Positions 42,395-59,770 of a stretch of 64,000 nucleotides of DNA are shown here, piece after piece. The notes beneath the pieces were generated by a model. It was given only the letters and a program-made list of their open reading frames with translations. It searched no databases and was not told the DNA's origin. Numbering within the stretch: position 1 is the first letter of the stretch; each line of letters starts with the position of its first letter. The DNA is taken from NCBI RefSeq assembly GCF_009914755.1, contig NC_060926.1. One strand, given 5' to 3'. Origin of the DNA: the human T2T-CHM13v2.0 reference genome, Homo sapiens. The translations under genes and the position numbers were made by a program.

Positions 42395-45228
42395 CTTCTT
42401 ATGGCATTGATGGGAGATCTTCCCAAGGGTTGGAAGCTAGAACTGTGGGGGCCAAGCCTTCTGCTATCATTACCACCCAGGGCCCCACAAGTTTGTGTCC
42501 TTGACTAAACTGAAGAACGCTGAAAGTCATGGAAGGTTTTTAAAGTAGAGGAGCCAACACCATTTATCAGATTTGTATTTTAGAAAAAAGTTTATTCTGT
42601 CTGCAAGCTGGATAATGGATTAGAGAAGCCAAGTCTTAGACAAACAAATTAAAAGACTGTGGCAGTAACTCGGGTGAGAAAGAATGAAAGTAGGTGATTT
42701 GAGAGATATTTGAAGGGCAGATTGGTATGCCTGGGCAATAACAATGTGAGGAAAGAGGGAGAGTAAAAATAAGGACTCAGGTTTCTGACTTGGGCATTTG
42801 AGTAGATAATGGTACTAGATATTGGTGTGAAAAATAACATAAAGAAAAGACAGAGGAGGGGTCAGTTTTGGCCATAAAGACTCAGAGGTACCTGGGGGAC
42901 ATCAAGGAGATGTCCAGTAGACTTACCAGCTGGATGCATGCTTCTACAGTTTAGGAGAGAAATCTGGGCCAACGATATAATGCTGAATTAATTTTACACC
43001 ATTTGCATCCACCAAGTGTTTTTACGTGTGGTTCCTCTCTGGAGACCTTCCTTCTTTGTAGAGATTCTTTAGTGATATTTTACTGTCTTGCTATTTTCTC
43101 AGGAGCATAGTCTCATTAAGGCAATGTACTTTCAGTTCAAACTGTTCTATCTATGGTGATTGGCTTGACAGAATTCTGGTTCCATGCAATTATGTCTATA
43201 ATAAGTAAAGAAAGAATAAACACATCAGGCTACCCTAGATATTTCAAGGCATTCTGCTTCATCATTAATCATGAGTAGCCTAGAAAAATAGAAGTTTTAT
43301 AAGTATCTCCTAAATGGTAATCTGCAGTGTCTGTTAATTTACTTTACCTAGAGAAAGTATGGTCTTAGAAATTGATTTTGCTGTTATATTCTACAGCCTT
43401 ATAAATCACTTTCCCTGGTGCATGAATAATTAAAGAGAGCAATCCATACATTTCTGAGCTTGTTAACATTTTTGAAACAAAACCAGATACTAAACATGAC
43501 ATTTTCCTGTTGCTGTCTGGAATTTCTATGCCTGGTGTCTAGGCTCATTCCCATTATTTACTTTGGCTCCAATGCTTGGCTTCTTCTTTCAAGTTGTTTG
43601 CCTTCAGTGTTTACAGAAGTGGATTCCCACAACCAAGGAAAGGGTGGTTAATGAGTCAGTCTGGAAGTGCTATTTTTGTTATCGTGGACTAGAGTCAGCT
43701 CACCATAATTAGTGATATTTTGTGAAAGCAACGCAGAGCACCTAGGCAGTGCCATTTCCTTGGCTCTTCTCAGTATGTGCAGGGAACACACCCGTGTGCA
43801 CACTCACAGATACGTGTTTGCCACATTTTAGTACAACTCCGTTTCTGCATTCCACTGTAAGAAAGAATACAGTCTTAATACAGTGCAAATGCATGCAATC
43901 TAGACTCTGGGTTTGTATTGTCAGTGTGCTTGTGACTGCCTTAAGAGGGTAGAAAGCTTTGCTGCTTTCGTGGTGTAGTGAGCATTGAAAAGTGAAACAG
44001 ATGCTGTCACGTGTCTTTTCCTCCTTGTTTGCCTGGCTTAGGCTTAAGATGCTTTGATTATGTTATAGACCCCTATAAGATTAAGCCTAATTGTGTTATT
44101 GTATGTGTAGTTTTAGCATTTTGTGATTTAAGTTTTTCCTCTTTAAGTTCTTGCTTATTGATACCTCACTAGTGTCTGTCACTGTGACATACGGTGGACC
44201 TACCCAGGGCCATTCAAATGGAGCACAGAACTTACATGTTTATTTATTTTTGAAAAATAGTAATATGTAGTAGGGACTTAATATTTTTTAATGAAGTAGA
44301 TTTTAGATGATTATTTTCAATATAAATGCTGTGTTAGCAAATAATAAAAACAAACATCAATTCATACATTCTCTCTTTCTTTAACTGTTTCTATCACTAG
44401 ATTTAACTTTGCCTGTGACAGAAACTTACAGTCAGGTTAAAAGGATAGGCTTGGGTTCAAATCTCAGAACCACCATTTTCTATGTGGCGTTGGGCTGGTT
44501 ATTGAACTTCTCTAAGCTTCAGTTCCTTCCTCCATAAAATGGTTGGCCCATAAGGATTTTGTTCGGATTAAATGAGATGATGTATGTAAAGCTTTTAATG
44601 CCCACATGTAGCAAGTGCTTGATAAAGATTAGGTGCTATTATTATTATCTACCTCTTCAGCGTGTGCCCTACCTTCAAACTGCCCAGTAGGCTTGTGTTT
44701 GTCCCTTAGATTACTTGGTTTTTATCATATGGATTCACTGCCATTTTAGAGCTTTTTATTGGACTCTTTTTCACCTTTCTGTTAAAACTTCTCTGTGATT
44801 TCTCTGGGTCATGAGTCATATCTTTTGCTTTTGTGAACTCTCCCATCCTATTGAATTCATCAATTTCCAAAATAGACCTCAACCCATCTTTGGTTCTTTG
44901 GAAAATGCTTTCTTGTAGAGATGTTGCACTAAATCTCCCGTCTCTTCCTTCTTCCCCCCTACAACAAGCCATCTTTACTTCTTGAATTTATTCACAGAGC
45001 ATATTTGGTTCCGAGTTACTTTCAGAAGGTAAGTTAAAGTATAGAACCGTCATCCATTTAGCTCACGACAAGCTGCTTTTTCTCCTTTGGGCTAATTTGA
45101 AAGTTTATCTTTAAGAATCTGCCTGGTCTTCTGAAGGTCTACTGTTTCCATTTCTAACCAAATTTAACTTTATCCATGTTTTCTTTTTCTTCTTTTTTTG
45201 TTCTTTCCATTACGCAACATTCTTCAAG

Positions 45229-45351
45229 ATGTGGACGAGTGCCTGGAACCAAACGTCTGCGCAAATGGTGATTGTTCCAACCTTGAAGGCTCCTACATGT
45301 GTTCATGCCACAAAGGCTATACCCGGACTCCGGACCACAAGCACTGTAGAG
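45229..45351 (+). CDS. LTBP1: LTBP1 cbEGF exon ([41 protein letters not shown])
   Basis: cttcaag|AT, GAG|gtaaat; 123 nt. Confidence 0.97.
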
Positions 45352-46062
45352 GTAAATACTGTGATCAAGTTTCCCATTTTTATTTAAACTTCATTTAAAT
45401 ATAGATTAGAGCAATTAGCCTTAGAAAAGGGAACCCTGCTACCTGTGTTTATTTTGACCGAGCGACTTAGAGCACATATTGGTTGGCTTGGCTGAAAGTG
45501 GCTCCTTGCTGTGGTTAAATACAGAGCATATCTATTTACATAAAGGGAAACGATGTATTTTTAGAGAGTGTCTGTGAGCCACAGATCGGTTCATCTAAAT
45601 TTTTTTTTCTCATTATAAAAGCAATACACACAGTTGCACAACTCTGTGAATATATTAAAAACCATTGAATTGTACATTTTAAATGGAATTGTATAGCATG
45701 GGAATTATTTCTGAATAAAATTGATATGAAAGTAACCAATATACACTCATTTTAGAAAATTTAGCAAATAGAGAAAAAAGAAAAGTAACAATCTTACATA
45801 ATATCATTAATGAATATTCATATTTCGTGGATATTGTATATAAAGATGTTCTATGTATAATTTTATATCTTGCTTTTTGCCATTTAATAGTATACCTACC
45901 ATAAGTGTTTTACATTCCATTCATAACTTTTTTTCAAACGTTATTTTTAGAGGCTGCACAATATTCTAGTATATTCCTATATCACAGTTTTCTTGCTCTT
46001 CTTTAGGTATTGAACAAACAAAAAATTTTCAGCTTCTCATTAGTGAACAAAACTGGTACAGG

Positions 46063-46567
<505 letters not shown>

Positions 46568-46644
46568 AGGTCTCTTTTAAAAATAAACTTTTGTCTGAAC
46601 TTTAGAATTATTTCCTTATTCATAAAAGTGGAATTATTGGGTAA

Positions 46645-46945
<301 letters not shown>

Positions 46946-47336
46946 CAAAAATGTTCTGAATTTTTTTACTATTTGGTTTTTTTTTTAATTGGCATGTAAT
47001 AATTGTCCATATTGTACATATTTATGGGGCACACAGTGATGTTTTGATACATATATTGTATCATGGTCTTTTTACTATTTTTACAGGAGAACATTCTCAT
47101 TTCATATATATATTTATTTTAATTCTGAAAAGGCTTAATTTTTTTATATGTTCATTCCCTTTAGCGATTCTCTGAACACTTCTAATTTTTAAACATTTAT
47201 TTTATATACTTAACATTTATATTTGTTTTTAAAATTTCCATTAATATCATTTCTCATTTATCCGGCTTTTTATTTGTTTAATCAATGTATACGAACTCTT
47301 TATATATGTAATACATATATAAACGTATGTACATGT

Positions 47337-47632
<296 letters not shown>

Positions 47633-49421
47633 AATATGTGTACATTACGTATACATTTTTGGTGGTACACTGTTGTAATTTCTCCAAGGCTTCCCTAATT
47701 TTCCTTTTTATGATTTTTAAAAAATTTTTTCTTATGGCCAAATCTGTGGATTTTTTTCTTTTCTGCTTACTTTTACATCTAAAAGTATGTTCTAGCAAAG
47801 GGTAAAAGAGGAAATAAGTAAACATTTTCTTCTTAAGTGTCTTGATGTAAGTGAAGGATGTAGGGTGATAATTAATTTCTCACTATGGTAGGCAAGTAGT
47901 AAATGAATACCCTGGTATCCTGTAAGAATCGAGGCCTCTTCCACTGGCAGTAGGGAACATGCAGGCATCTGGATTTGATGCCTTGCTCCAATAATACAAC
48001 AGAGCAACAGTGGATCTTGGCCACTCCTAGTGGAACATCTAACGTGGGCACACCTCCATTTCTCCTGGTCCCTTCTCTTTTGGCTCACATCCACAGTTTC
48101 CTACTGATTCCTTAAGCCAGGTATCTCCTCAGACCAAATTAAATATGAGAAGCATCTGAAAGGTATTATTTCTTCCCCCATACACTGGATCAATGGTGGA
48201 TGAGGATCTCAAGCCTTAGGAGTCATGGTTAATCTTTGATTGCTATATCTAGTTTATTTTCATATCCTGCCATTTTATCTTCTTTCATCCTAATCTGCCT
48301 AATTTTTTTCATCTGCTTGTTGATAAAAACTCTTGTAATCTGTCCTCCTCTTTCATAGTCCAAACTTACTTGTCACAGTTGCATTCTTCAGCTAGCATTC
48401 TCTGACCTATCCAAATCAATGTCACAACTGCCCTGTGAAGATTCTTCACAGGGCAGTACTTGGACCCAAGTACTTGTTCAAGATTATCCTGCCTTTCATA
48501 TTCATCTTCTTCCTCACTGCTTACCTGATGTGGCTCTTCCAGTGGTTCATGGTATGACCTTGGGTGAATAATCTCAGGTTTCCAGACATTGTGTCATCCC
48601 TAAAATTAGGGGATCAGACTCTCTAATGGGATGCTCAAAGTAGCACATGTTGAATGAATGGCTCATTACCACTGTCTTGCTCTTGGCTGTTGCCATCCCA
48701 GCTGAGCCTGGGAAAGATTGGTTGGGGAGACAAGACAACTAACAGCAATCTAATATCCAAGATTATAATATATATATAATGTCTAAAGTCTAGTATTTAG
48801 TTTTGTTTTTTTAAAAAAAGGCAGCATATCGGATGCTAGTCCTGATGCGTAGAAGCTGTGTGAGCTTGGATAAGTTACGGTATCTTACTTCACTAAGCCT
48901 TACTTTTCTCATCTGCAAATAAAAGGGAGCAATAATGGTACCTGCTAGAGTTGATATGAGGATTGCAGGAAATAATACAGGGACAGAGATCATGTAGAGA
49001 GAATGAGTTAATGCAGGGGCAGAGCATGACATGGTGGTGGTGGTGTTTGCTAAATTAGAGGCATAAACAAAGTTTCGTTAAAGCCAAGAAGTGTGTGGCT
49101 AACTCTGCTTGTGTGCGTCTGGGAAAGCTTCACAAAGGTATTGCTATTTGAACTTAGTCTTGAAGTACTGAATACAAAGGGGAGTAAAACTTGGCAGGCA
49201 GAGGAAACAGCATATGCCAAAGCTTAGAGGTGAGAAAGGGCTATTACTTCCACTTGGCATTTAACCTTGACCTCTACTCCGATTCTAATGGCGTCTTCCC
49301 ATTACAGCCTGGGATGCATTACCTCATTCTTCCCACATGATCTCTGTCCCTGTATTATTTCATGCAATCCTCATATCAGCTCTAGTAGGAAGCATTATTG
49401 TTCCCTTTTTTTTGCAGATGA

Positions 49422-49790
<369 letters not shown>

Positions 49791-51060
49791 CTGCCTTTTC
49801 AAAACAAAACAAAACAAAACAAAAACAAAAAACTAAACACTAGACTTTATTTGGATTTCACAAGTTTTTCCAGTCACGTCCTCTTTCTGTTCCAGGATCC
49901 AATCCAGGATACTACACTGCATTTAGTTGTCTAGTCTCCCCAATGAATCTTTCCCTAGTTTTCATGATCTTATCTATCTTAAAGAGTATAGGCCAGAATC
50001 CTGTAGCTTTTCCCCACTCTGGATCCATCTGATGTTTTTCTCATGATTAAACTGGGGTCATGGGTTTTTGGGAAGAAGAACACAGAGGTGAAAGGCTCTG
50101 GTCCTCACATAATGTCAGGTGTACATTCACATGTCGGGGGTGTGTGATATTCTTGGCACAAAAGAAAGAAGACATTTGTCCAGCATTCCTATTTTATTAG
50201 AAAGCTTTCTTTTGGCTCAGAAATGCTATCCCTCATTAGAAAAGAAAAATATTTTTATCCCTAGAATTAATCTATCTTTGTTCCCTTGGTCATTTTAAAG
50301 ACCCAAAGATCACCTTGTGCAAGATAACTGTGTTGCCTCAAGTTATTCCAAGTGTATGTGTCATTACTTGTCATGAATTACTCCTGACATTCTTAGCAAC
50401 ATAAATGAGTCAGTTACGTAAGATGTCTGGCATAGCCTGATAGTCCTTGGAATGGAGGGTCTATCTCTGTTGCAGACATCTTCACATGGGAATGCTTAAT
50501 TTGTTGTCTTCTATGAGAAAGTCAAAAAGATTCCAAAGCACTAAAAATGTTGTCAGATGTTATGTGAGATCCAGCCAGCTACAAGAACTATTGTTGGTCT
50601 TCAGTTCGTGAACTGACATCTCAAGTATTTTATAGAATGTGCTAAAAGAAAATAGTGACGTAGGCTGATCTTTGCTGGCAACCATTCCTAAAGCTAAGAG
50701 ACTTACAGTGTTTGAAAGGTATAAAATAATCTTTAAAATGAAAGTTACCTTGTTTATTTTCTCTATGGACAGACAATATTGGCAGCCAGGAATTATTTAT
50801 AAATCAAAGAGACCAAGAACACAATTGGTAAAACAAAAGTTTTTAATCAACTAAAGTAATTGCTATGAAATATTAAATAAAATAAGAAACAAATTTTTGA
50901 ACTCCAATTACATTAATACTTTGAGCTATTTCAGGAAACTATGTCAGTATTTCAGTAGCAATTTCAACTATTTCAGGGAGGGATAACCTGATACTTTGCT
51001 TATATCTGGATACATTTTAAAAGTTAATGCCCCATTAGAGGTTAAGAAATGAAACTTTGC

Positions 51061-51376
<316 letters not shown>

Positions 51377-52517
51377 CTATACAGTTAATTGAGTTTTCCT
51401 GGCAGACACTTTTAGATGCATTTTAAATAAGAAAATTTGAAGAAAACCACAGTCATACATTGATCTATAGGACATGGTTTTTAAAAAACAAATCCCTCTG
51501 TTTTATTTATTACTCCCTTTAGATTAGGGCTCCTTTCTCCTCCTGTGAGTATAGGGCTAAAGTGTTTTATATCTATTCCCTTCGGTAATCTTCACAACAA
51601 ACCTGTCATGTAGGTGATGAAGATCAGTTGTACCTACCATGTTTTAATAATCATAAACTCTTATAAGTTGGCTAGCCATTCAGCAGAACATTCTGAGGCT
51701 GTATTTGCACTGACAAGGCAAGACAGAATTATCTGCTTAGGTCGGACCAATATAATGGCCAAACAAAAACATCTGGAAGACTCTACTCTTACCAGACGTG
51801 TTCAAGTTATTGATGAAGCCAGTCCTTTGCTTCAGTTGTATAACTTCGTATACATGACATTTTCTAGGACACTTATTAAGAATTATCTTCTTTCTCAGTT
51901 AGTGATTTTATCTTGTCAAAGCATGTTTAAAAATCCTCACTTATCACTTTCTCCTTTGGTATTCAGCAGTCATCATAATACTACCATTTCTCTTGGCTTT
52001 CCTTGTTACTTTGAAAATGAGCCAGAGTTCTTTATACAACTGTTTGGCCTTATAGTTCAACTTCTAGACAAAGTAGAATTATCTGTTTCCTTCCATAACT
52101 GCCTATGTTTTTGGTTTTGTTTTTCAAATTCCTAGTCGAGTTTTCCTTCTGACTTCTTTCATGCAACTAAACAGGTCTGCAAACTATCTGAGCGACATTA
52201 TATTGCATCAGGTTCTGCCTTCTGTTTGCAGCTCTAAAATATTTCATGTTGTATTCCAAGACACTGATGGTGAGGAGTATGATTATTATAAATAGCTTAT
52301 TGATTTATTGTCTATTTTTAGTTATTTCTATTCTATAGATCAGTATACTGAGGTTGATACAACAGCATGGGTGGAGTGATACATACTAAAGTGTGTAGTG
52401 CCAGACATAAGAAGTACTATTATTTTTGTTACACTAATCCCAGAATGCATTGCAGGGAGCACTGCATTCTCCTGGGTAGTCTCTTTTTCAGAAAAATTGC
52501 CGTTGTTGTGTTTGCAG

Positions 52518-52640
52518 ATATTGATGAATGTCAGCAAGGGAATCTATGTGTAAACGGGCAGTGCAAAAATACCGAGGGCTCCTTCAGGTGCACCTGTGGA
52601 CAGGGGTACCAGCTGTCGGCAGCTAAAGACCAGTGTGAAG
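52518..52640 (+). CDS. LTBP1: LTBP1 cbEGF exon ([41 protein letters not shown])
   Basis: tttgcag|AT, AAG|gtaaga; 123 nt. Confidence 0.97.
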
Positions 52641-53588
52641 GTAAGAGGGTAGTAACATGAACTACTGAAACTTCAGCTTAAAGCACCTGGTCTGAAAAAG
52701 GTACGCTCAATCAAGTGAGTTTACCTTTTAAAAATTACCCAGATAATTGCATTATAGTGCCAGAAAGCCAGGACTTAAACATAAGTTAGGAAAGTCAATA
52801 AAACAAGATTGAAGACAGTTAAATTTGAAAACCTATGGCATTAGCTATCAATGGCTAGGCATTAGTATTAAGAAGAAAAATTATTGCTTTCTGTGTAATT
52901 CTTTACTACAGAAGGTAATTTCCATTTAAACATGTAAATTAATTTAAAGTTTTTATATACTTGGATTTCAGCAATTAGAAAGTCATTATATCGGGCTGCT
53001 TTATGCTGTGGAATGTTAATAACCTTAATTTTTGTATTTAACGTTGAAAAATTTTGTCTTTTAAAAAAATCGCTAAAGAAGATTTCTCAATAAAACTGTA
53101 ATAATGTCCCCGTTAGAGAGAAAGTTTGCAAAATATGTTCTGTTCCTACAGCTGATAGTGAGGATTCTGGATTTGCTAGGGTTGACCTTAGACTTTTTAA
53201 AGAAACATTTCATTGAATTGCACACAGAAATACTTCACTTCCCAATAAGTATGTGCTTCCTGAACTTGAAGATATTATGATCTCACCTGTGTCAACCACA
53301 AGTGTCCAGAGTTCTTGAGAGGAAACGCCATTTCTTATTTAAGAACAGAATCCACACTGTATAAGGCCATTGTTTCATAAAGAAACAATATCCACGTCTT
53401 CATGTATACTCTGAATATTTGAGAAGCAAAAAAGTCTCCTGAGATAGTATTACAAAAGCGACAATACATGATGGTCATTACTTGTATCAACATTGTCTTT
53501 CTAGAATTTACACTGATCCAATTGAGACTGATTGAAAATGTTTTTGAAGCACCACTTCCACAGTTTCTTTGTATTCTCTTGCTCATAG

Positions 53589-53711
53589 ACATTGATGAAT
53601 GCCAGCACCGTCATCTCTGTGCTCATGGGCAGTGCAGGAACACTGAGGGCTCTTTTCAATGTGTGTGTGACCAGGGTTACAGAGCATCTGGGCTTGGAGA
53701 CCACTGTGAAG
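53589..53711 (+). CDS. LTBP1: LTBP1 cbEGF exon (DIDECQHRHLCAHGQCRNTEGSFQCVCDQGYRASGLGDHCE)
   Basis: ctcatag|AC, AAG|gtaaga; 123 nt. Confidence 0.97.
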
Positions 53712-54847
53712 GTAAGAATTGCTCCTGATTTCAGAATCATAAAATGCCCAGATCGGAGGGAAATCTGGGCATCATCTCAGCCTTGATCTTTGAACCTCAT
53801 CTCTTGATTTCATAGTGAAGACATTAGGTCCCTGCAAAGTGTCTTCCCCGGGGTCACACAAATAATTCAAAGAAGGGAGTAGAGTCCAGATTATCTTTGC
53901 ACTGCTTGGAGCTGTCTTTTAGACTTGTGCCAGCCAAAGGCATAAAAGAATCAGTTTAACTTTACCAGCTATAGATGGTTTATCCTGGGTACATAGTTCT
54001 GAACTGTAACACCTTATTTATGCAGAACCAACTTCTAAATGTTCCAAATAAGTAAATACAACTTAATTTTCCAGGCAATTAGAAGGTTTTTCAGAGCCAA
54101 ACATCAATTCAGTTTTTGGCTTTTTGCATAAAATATTTCTGAAAGATATCCCACATGTCCAGTATCGTGCAGTCATCAACCACTTTCACTACTTGTTTGG
54201 CTAAGAAGCTCTCTGCAGTGGTTGGGTGACTGAACCAGGCCTGCTTATGGAGCGGGGAATATCTTCTCCCAGTGGGCTTCTTTTTCACTTTTACCACCAG
54301 TCTGTCACTTGTGACCTTTCTCTGCATTCATTGTCCACCTAAGTAACAAGCTTTTTCCCAGCCCACCTGAGGTTTCACTGCATTTAGAGCCTGTCAGTTG
54401 TGAAACCAGAAATATGCATGTTGGCAGGGTTGTGTCTCCCATGCAGGGTCCAAGTTTTTGAAGGAGGGTCTGAACCCCACCTTTGAGAGAAGTGGATGAG
54501 CCTTTTGGTGAATGGTTTCATGACACACACATTTCAGCAGCCCCAGATCCTTTTTCACTACCAGTCCAGTTGATTGGGAAAGATCTATTGTCATTTACAG
54601 CATCTACATTTCTGACCAGAGAACTTGGCAGAAGCAGTCACAAGTGGCTGAGCCCCATATCCTCCTGCTGCTGGGAGTGTAAATGACCCAACCCTCGGGA
54701 AGGCAATTTTGGCAGCGTTTTAAAGGCCTTAAAGTGTATACTGTTAATGAATCAGTAAATCAACTTCTAAGATTTTATCCTAAGGTGATCATGTTCCTCA
54801 AAGAGTTAATAACACCAGTGAAAAGTTGTAATCAATATACCTATTGA

Positions 54848-55012
54848 GGCCAGATGTGGTGGCTCATGCCTGTAATTCCAGCACTTTGGGAGGCCGAGGC
54901 AGGTGGATCACCTGAGGTCAGGAGGTCAAGACCAGCCTGGCCAACATGCTGAAACCCCGTCTCTACTAAAAAAATACAAATATTAGCTGGGCGTGGTGGC
55001 GCCCAGCTAATA

Positions 55013-55059
<47 letters not shown>

Positions 55060-55079
55060 ACAAACACACGCACACACAC
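54848..55079 (+). mobile_element. Alu left arm plus fold-back plus (CA)n
   Basis: Flanked by CCTATTGA direct repeats. Confidence 0.85.
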
Positions 55080-55287
55080 CCCTATTGAGAAATAGGTCAG
55101 ATAAGTGATAATATAAGATAGGACTATGTATGAAAAAGTTGTGTTTTAGGAACTCTCTAATATATGGGTAAATGATAATGATTCTAGATAGTGACATCCC
55201 AAGGTGGGAGGGTTGGTGGTGTTGGAGGGAGACATTTATGGAAGAATCTATTCTAGAACTAAGTAACTGGTAAGGTATATTCTAGGG

Positions 55288-55945
<658 letters not shown>

Positions 55946-56944
55946 TGCTAGGGCACTAAAAATGTAAACTGACCATCAGCATCTCCTCTGTCCTGATTCC
56001 TGGCCAAGCCAAGAAGGAACTGCACCATTGATTAAGTCTTGGGTAACTGATGTTCATTGGAGGGCATGTTCCTCGCTTTGTCTCTTTTAATGTGTAAGCA
56101 TTTTAACAGAAGTCTAAGGTTTTTATTACAAAAACATCCATTGCATGAAAAGTCAAACAAAAGCTTTTAGCAAACTTGTTCTTCATTATTAATGTATATA
56201 AGATATGACTATGTTCCGTAAGAAAGCTTCTTTTGGAATATATAATCAGGCCCTTTTAAAGTCAGGACTAGTTTCTCTAGTGTACTGGGTTATAAATAGG
56301 ACTGGAGTCCATCCAACTAATTTAGAGCTCCCTTTGAAACTATGTTAGCACCTCAGCCTGCTAATTCCCAACTAGCAATGTTTCCGACCCTCCCCAGTGA
56401 TATTTAGCCATAATTAACTAAACCGTGACTGTTCACACGCCTCTGACAGCTGTGCAAGGAAGAGCCATCTTTCTTGTTGGCTTTTATGTTTACACGTGTA
56501 ATTTTCCCCTAATGGTTCTGGCAAAGACCTTGTTTTCTTATTGTCCTGTCATCCTGCTGGCCTCCTCGTAGAGTCAGACTCCCAAGTGTTGTGCCTGCTT
56601 CTGTGCGCTACTGACTCCAGCATGCTTGGTAGCTAGTCATTCTGTGATAATGAACGTGCCTCAATTGTCCTCATTCTTAGGAGTCTGGAGCATCTCAGCT
56701 TTCAAAGGCTCTGCCTGTGACTTGTTCCCTCCAAGCACAGTCTTTAATCTCGTGTCTACCTTAACCTTTCCCCAATCCCTCACTAAGGTTGCTCCCTGCA
56801 GTCCTTTACAAAGCTGAGAAGATGACTCATTACTTACAATGTCTTTCCCTTTCCCTCTGTGCCCTTTGCTCTTGGTCATTTATTTGTGGACAAAATTTTA
56901 AAAAGGTGGAAAGGTGGGATAGTATTTCTTTCCAAATCAGAGTC

Positions 56945-58040
56945 ATTCATACATTCACTTATGTATTTGTTCAAATATTTATTTAGTGTGGAGCTTGTGC
57001 CAGACACTGTTCTAGGCATAGGGCAATAAACCAAACAGAAATTTCTTCCCTTTTGTAGCTTACATTGTAGTGTGGGAGATAACGAAAAAATACAATAAAT
57101 GGCTGGGTGCAGTGGCTCACGCCTATAATCCCAGCACTTTGGGAGTTCCGAGGCAGGTGGATCACGAGGTCAGGAGATCGAGACCATCTTAGCCAACATG
57201 GTGAAACCTCATCTCTACTAAAAATACAAAAAAAAAAGAAAAATTATCTGGGTGTGGCGGCGTGTGCCTGTAGTCCCAACTACTCAGGAGGCTGAGGCAG
57301 AAAAATCACTCGAACCCAGGAGGCAGAGGTTGCAACGAGCCAAGATCACGCCATTGCACTCCAGCCTGGGCAACAGAGCAAGACTATGTCTGAAAATATA
57401 TATATATGATAAATAAGTAAAATATATAGTTCGTTAAATGGCAATAAATTTTACAGAGAAAATAGAGCGGGGTATATGGGGAGTGTTGAGGAAGGGTGGT
57501 GATTTTAAATAAAGAGGCAAGTAGAGGCCTCGCTGGGATGATAACACTTAATCATTTATGGGTAGAGCATTCAGTTCAAGGGAATAGCAGATGCGGATGC
57601 CCGAGGAACCAGCTATGTGGAGACCTGAGGGGCACCACGTCAGCACTTTCCACTTTTGATGCCCAAGATGAATATTTGAAGGAAGATATCTGAAAGGCAA
57701 TTGTATCTATGCATTTGGAATTTAGGGGTGAGTTCTAGGCCATGAAATTAATTGGGAATGAGTGTAGCTAGAAGAGAGATAAATCCCGGGCCCTCCAACA
57801 TTTAGAAGTGAGGAAATGGGTAAGAACCAGCAAAGGAGATTGAGGAAAAAGTGGCAAGTGAAGAAGGAGAAAACCCAGAATCCAAGAGAAGAAAGTGTTT
57901 CAAGGAGGAGGGAGTGATGGATTGTGTCAAATGTTATTGCTAGGTAACAGAAGAACCAAAAGTTAACCATGGGATTTTTAGCAAGCTGGAAGTAGTTGGT
58001 GACCTCAACAAGCTCAGTCTTGGTAGAAAGATGACAGTGA
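56945..58040. mobile_element. L2 fragments interrupted by an Alu
   Basis: cattcatacattc...tgtgccagacactgttctaggc and ttcaaggaggagggagtgat...gttggtgacct motifs typical of L2. Confidence 0.6.
57101..57408 (+). mobile_element. AluS
   Basis: Full dimer. Confidence 0.92.
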
Positions 58041-58357
58041 TTCACTGTTCCTGCCCTTAAAACCTTTTACTCTACTTCTAGGAAAAATATATATTTTCGC
58101 ACTACCCCAGGTGGTGGTACGAAATAGTACCATGTTGTGCTCTCGTAATGTTCAACCTTCTTATTGCTTTGAAGACAGATAAAGGCCTTGCAAAAAAAAA
58201 TTTAAACTAAACCTAACCCTAACATATGCTCAGCTTTCTAATGTATATAATTATTTATAAACACTTTAAATAATGCTCTTTTCCCTCACATTCATTATTT
58301 GTCTTAGATTTTGGAAAATAAATGAGAATCAAATTGCTTTAAAGTAGCATGAACAGA

Positions 58358-58707
<350 letters not shown>

Positions 58708-58877
58708 TTATGAAGTGTTTTTTCTTGTAGAAATTCATATTCCCAGGATTCTCTTATGATCTTTTTTGAATTGAGTTTTTTATTTAATGTCACTGATCAA
58801 ATATGCTTCTCCTCGCTTCATTATCTCCATTTCCTACAAAGCAAAGAAAGAAAGGTTAATGGAAAAACTGATTGTCA

Positions 58878-59170
<293 letters not shown>

Positions 59171-59199
59171 ATAACTGATTGTCTACTTTACACCCATTA

Positions 59200-59770
59200 A
59201 AATAGTTGTAGAGCTGTCAGAGTAAATGTGGAACAATCGGAGTTCTCATATGTTTCCTGTGGGAATGTAATTGCTACAGCCACTTCAGATAACAGTTGTT
59301 CAAAACTTAAATATAACCTAATTCCATGACCCATGCATCGTTTTCCTGGGTATTTACTCAAAAAAGGTAAAATCATATGTTCACACAAAGACTTATGATT
59401 TTAGAAATATTTATAGAAACCTTATTCACAATGGCCCAGATGGAAACAACCCAAAATGCTTATCAAAAGGTGAATGAGTAAACAAATTATGGTGCATTCA
59501 TCCAATGGAATTCTACCCAGCAATAAAGCCCAGAGAACTACTGATACACACAGCAACTTGGGTGAATCTCAAAACTATTATGCCGAGAGGAAGAAGCCCC
59601 AAAGCACAAAAGGAGTGAGAGGGAATGTATTGGGGATGGAAATGCCTGTTCCTTGACTGGGATGGTGGTCACAAGGATGTGTATACATTTGTCAAAACTC
59701 ATTGAGCTGACTCTTAAGTAGATCAATTTATTTTATGTACATTATACTTCAGTAAAGCTAGAAAAACACA
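59200..59770 (+). mobile_element. Old L1MB/MC 3' fragment
   Basis: tcacacaaagact...ggaaacaacccaaa...gtcaaaactcattga...ttatacttcagtaaag. Confidence 0.65.

Noticed and set aside
51614-52135. 173-aa ORF, the longest in the window
   Set aside because: Non-ATG start, low-information AT-rich composition, no recognisable domain.
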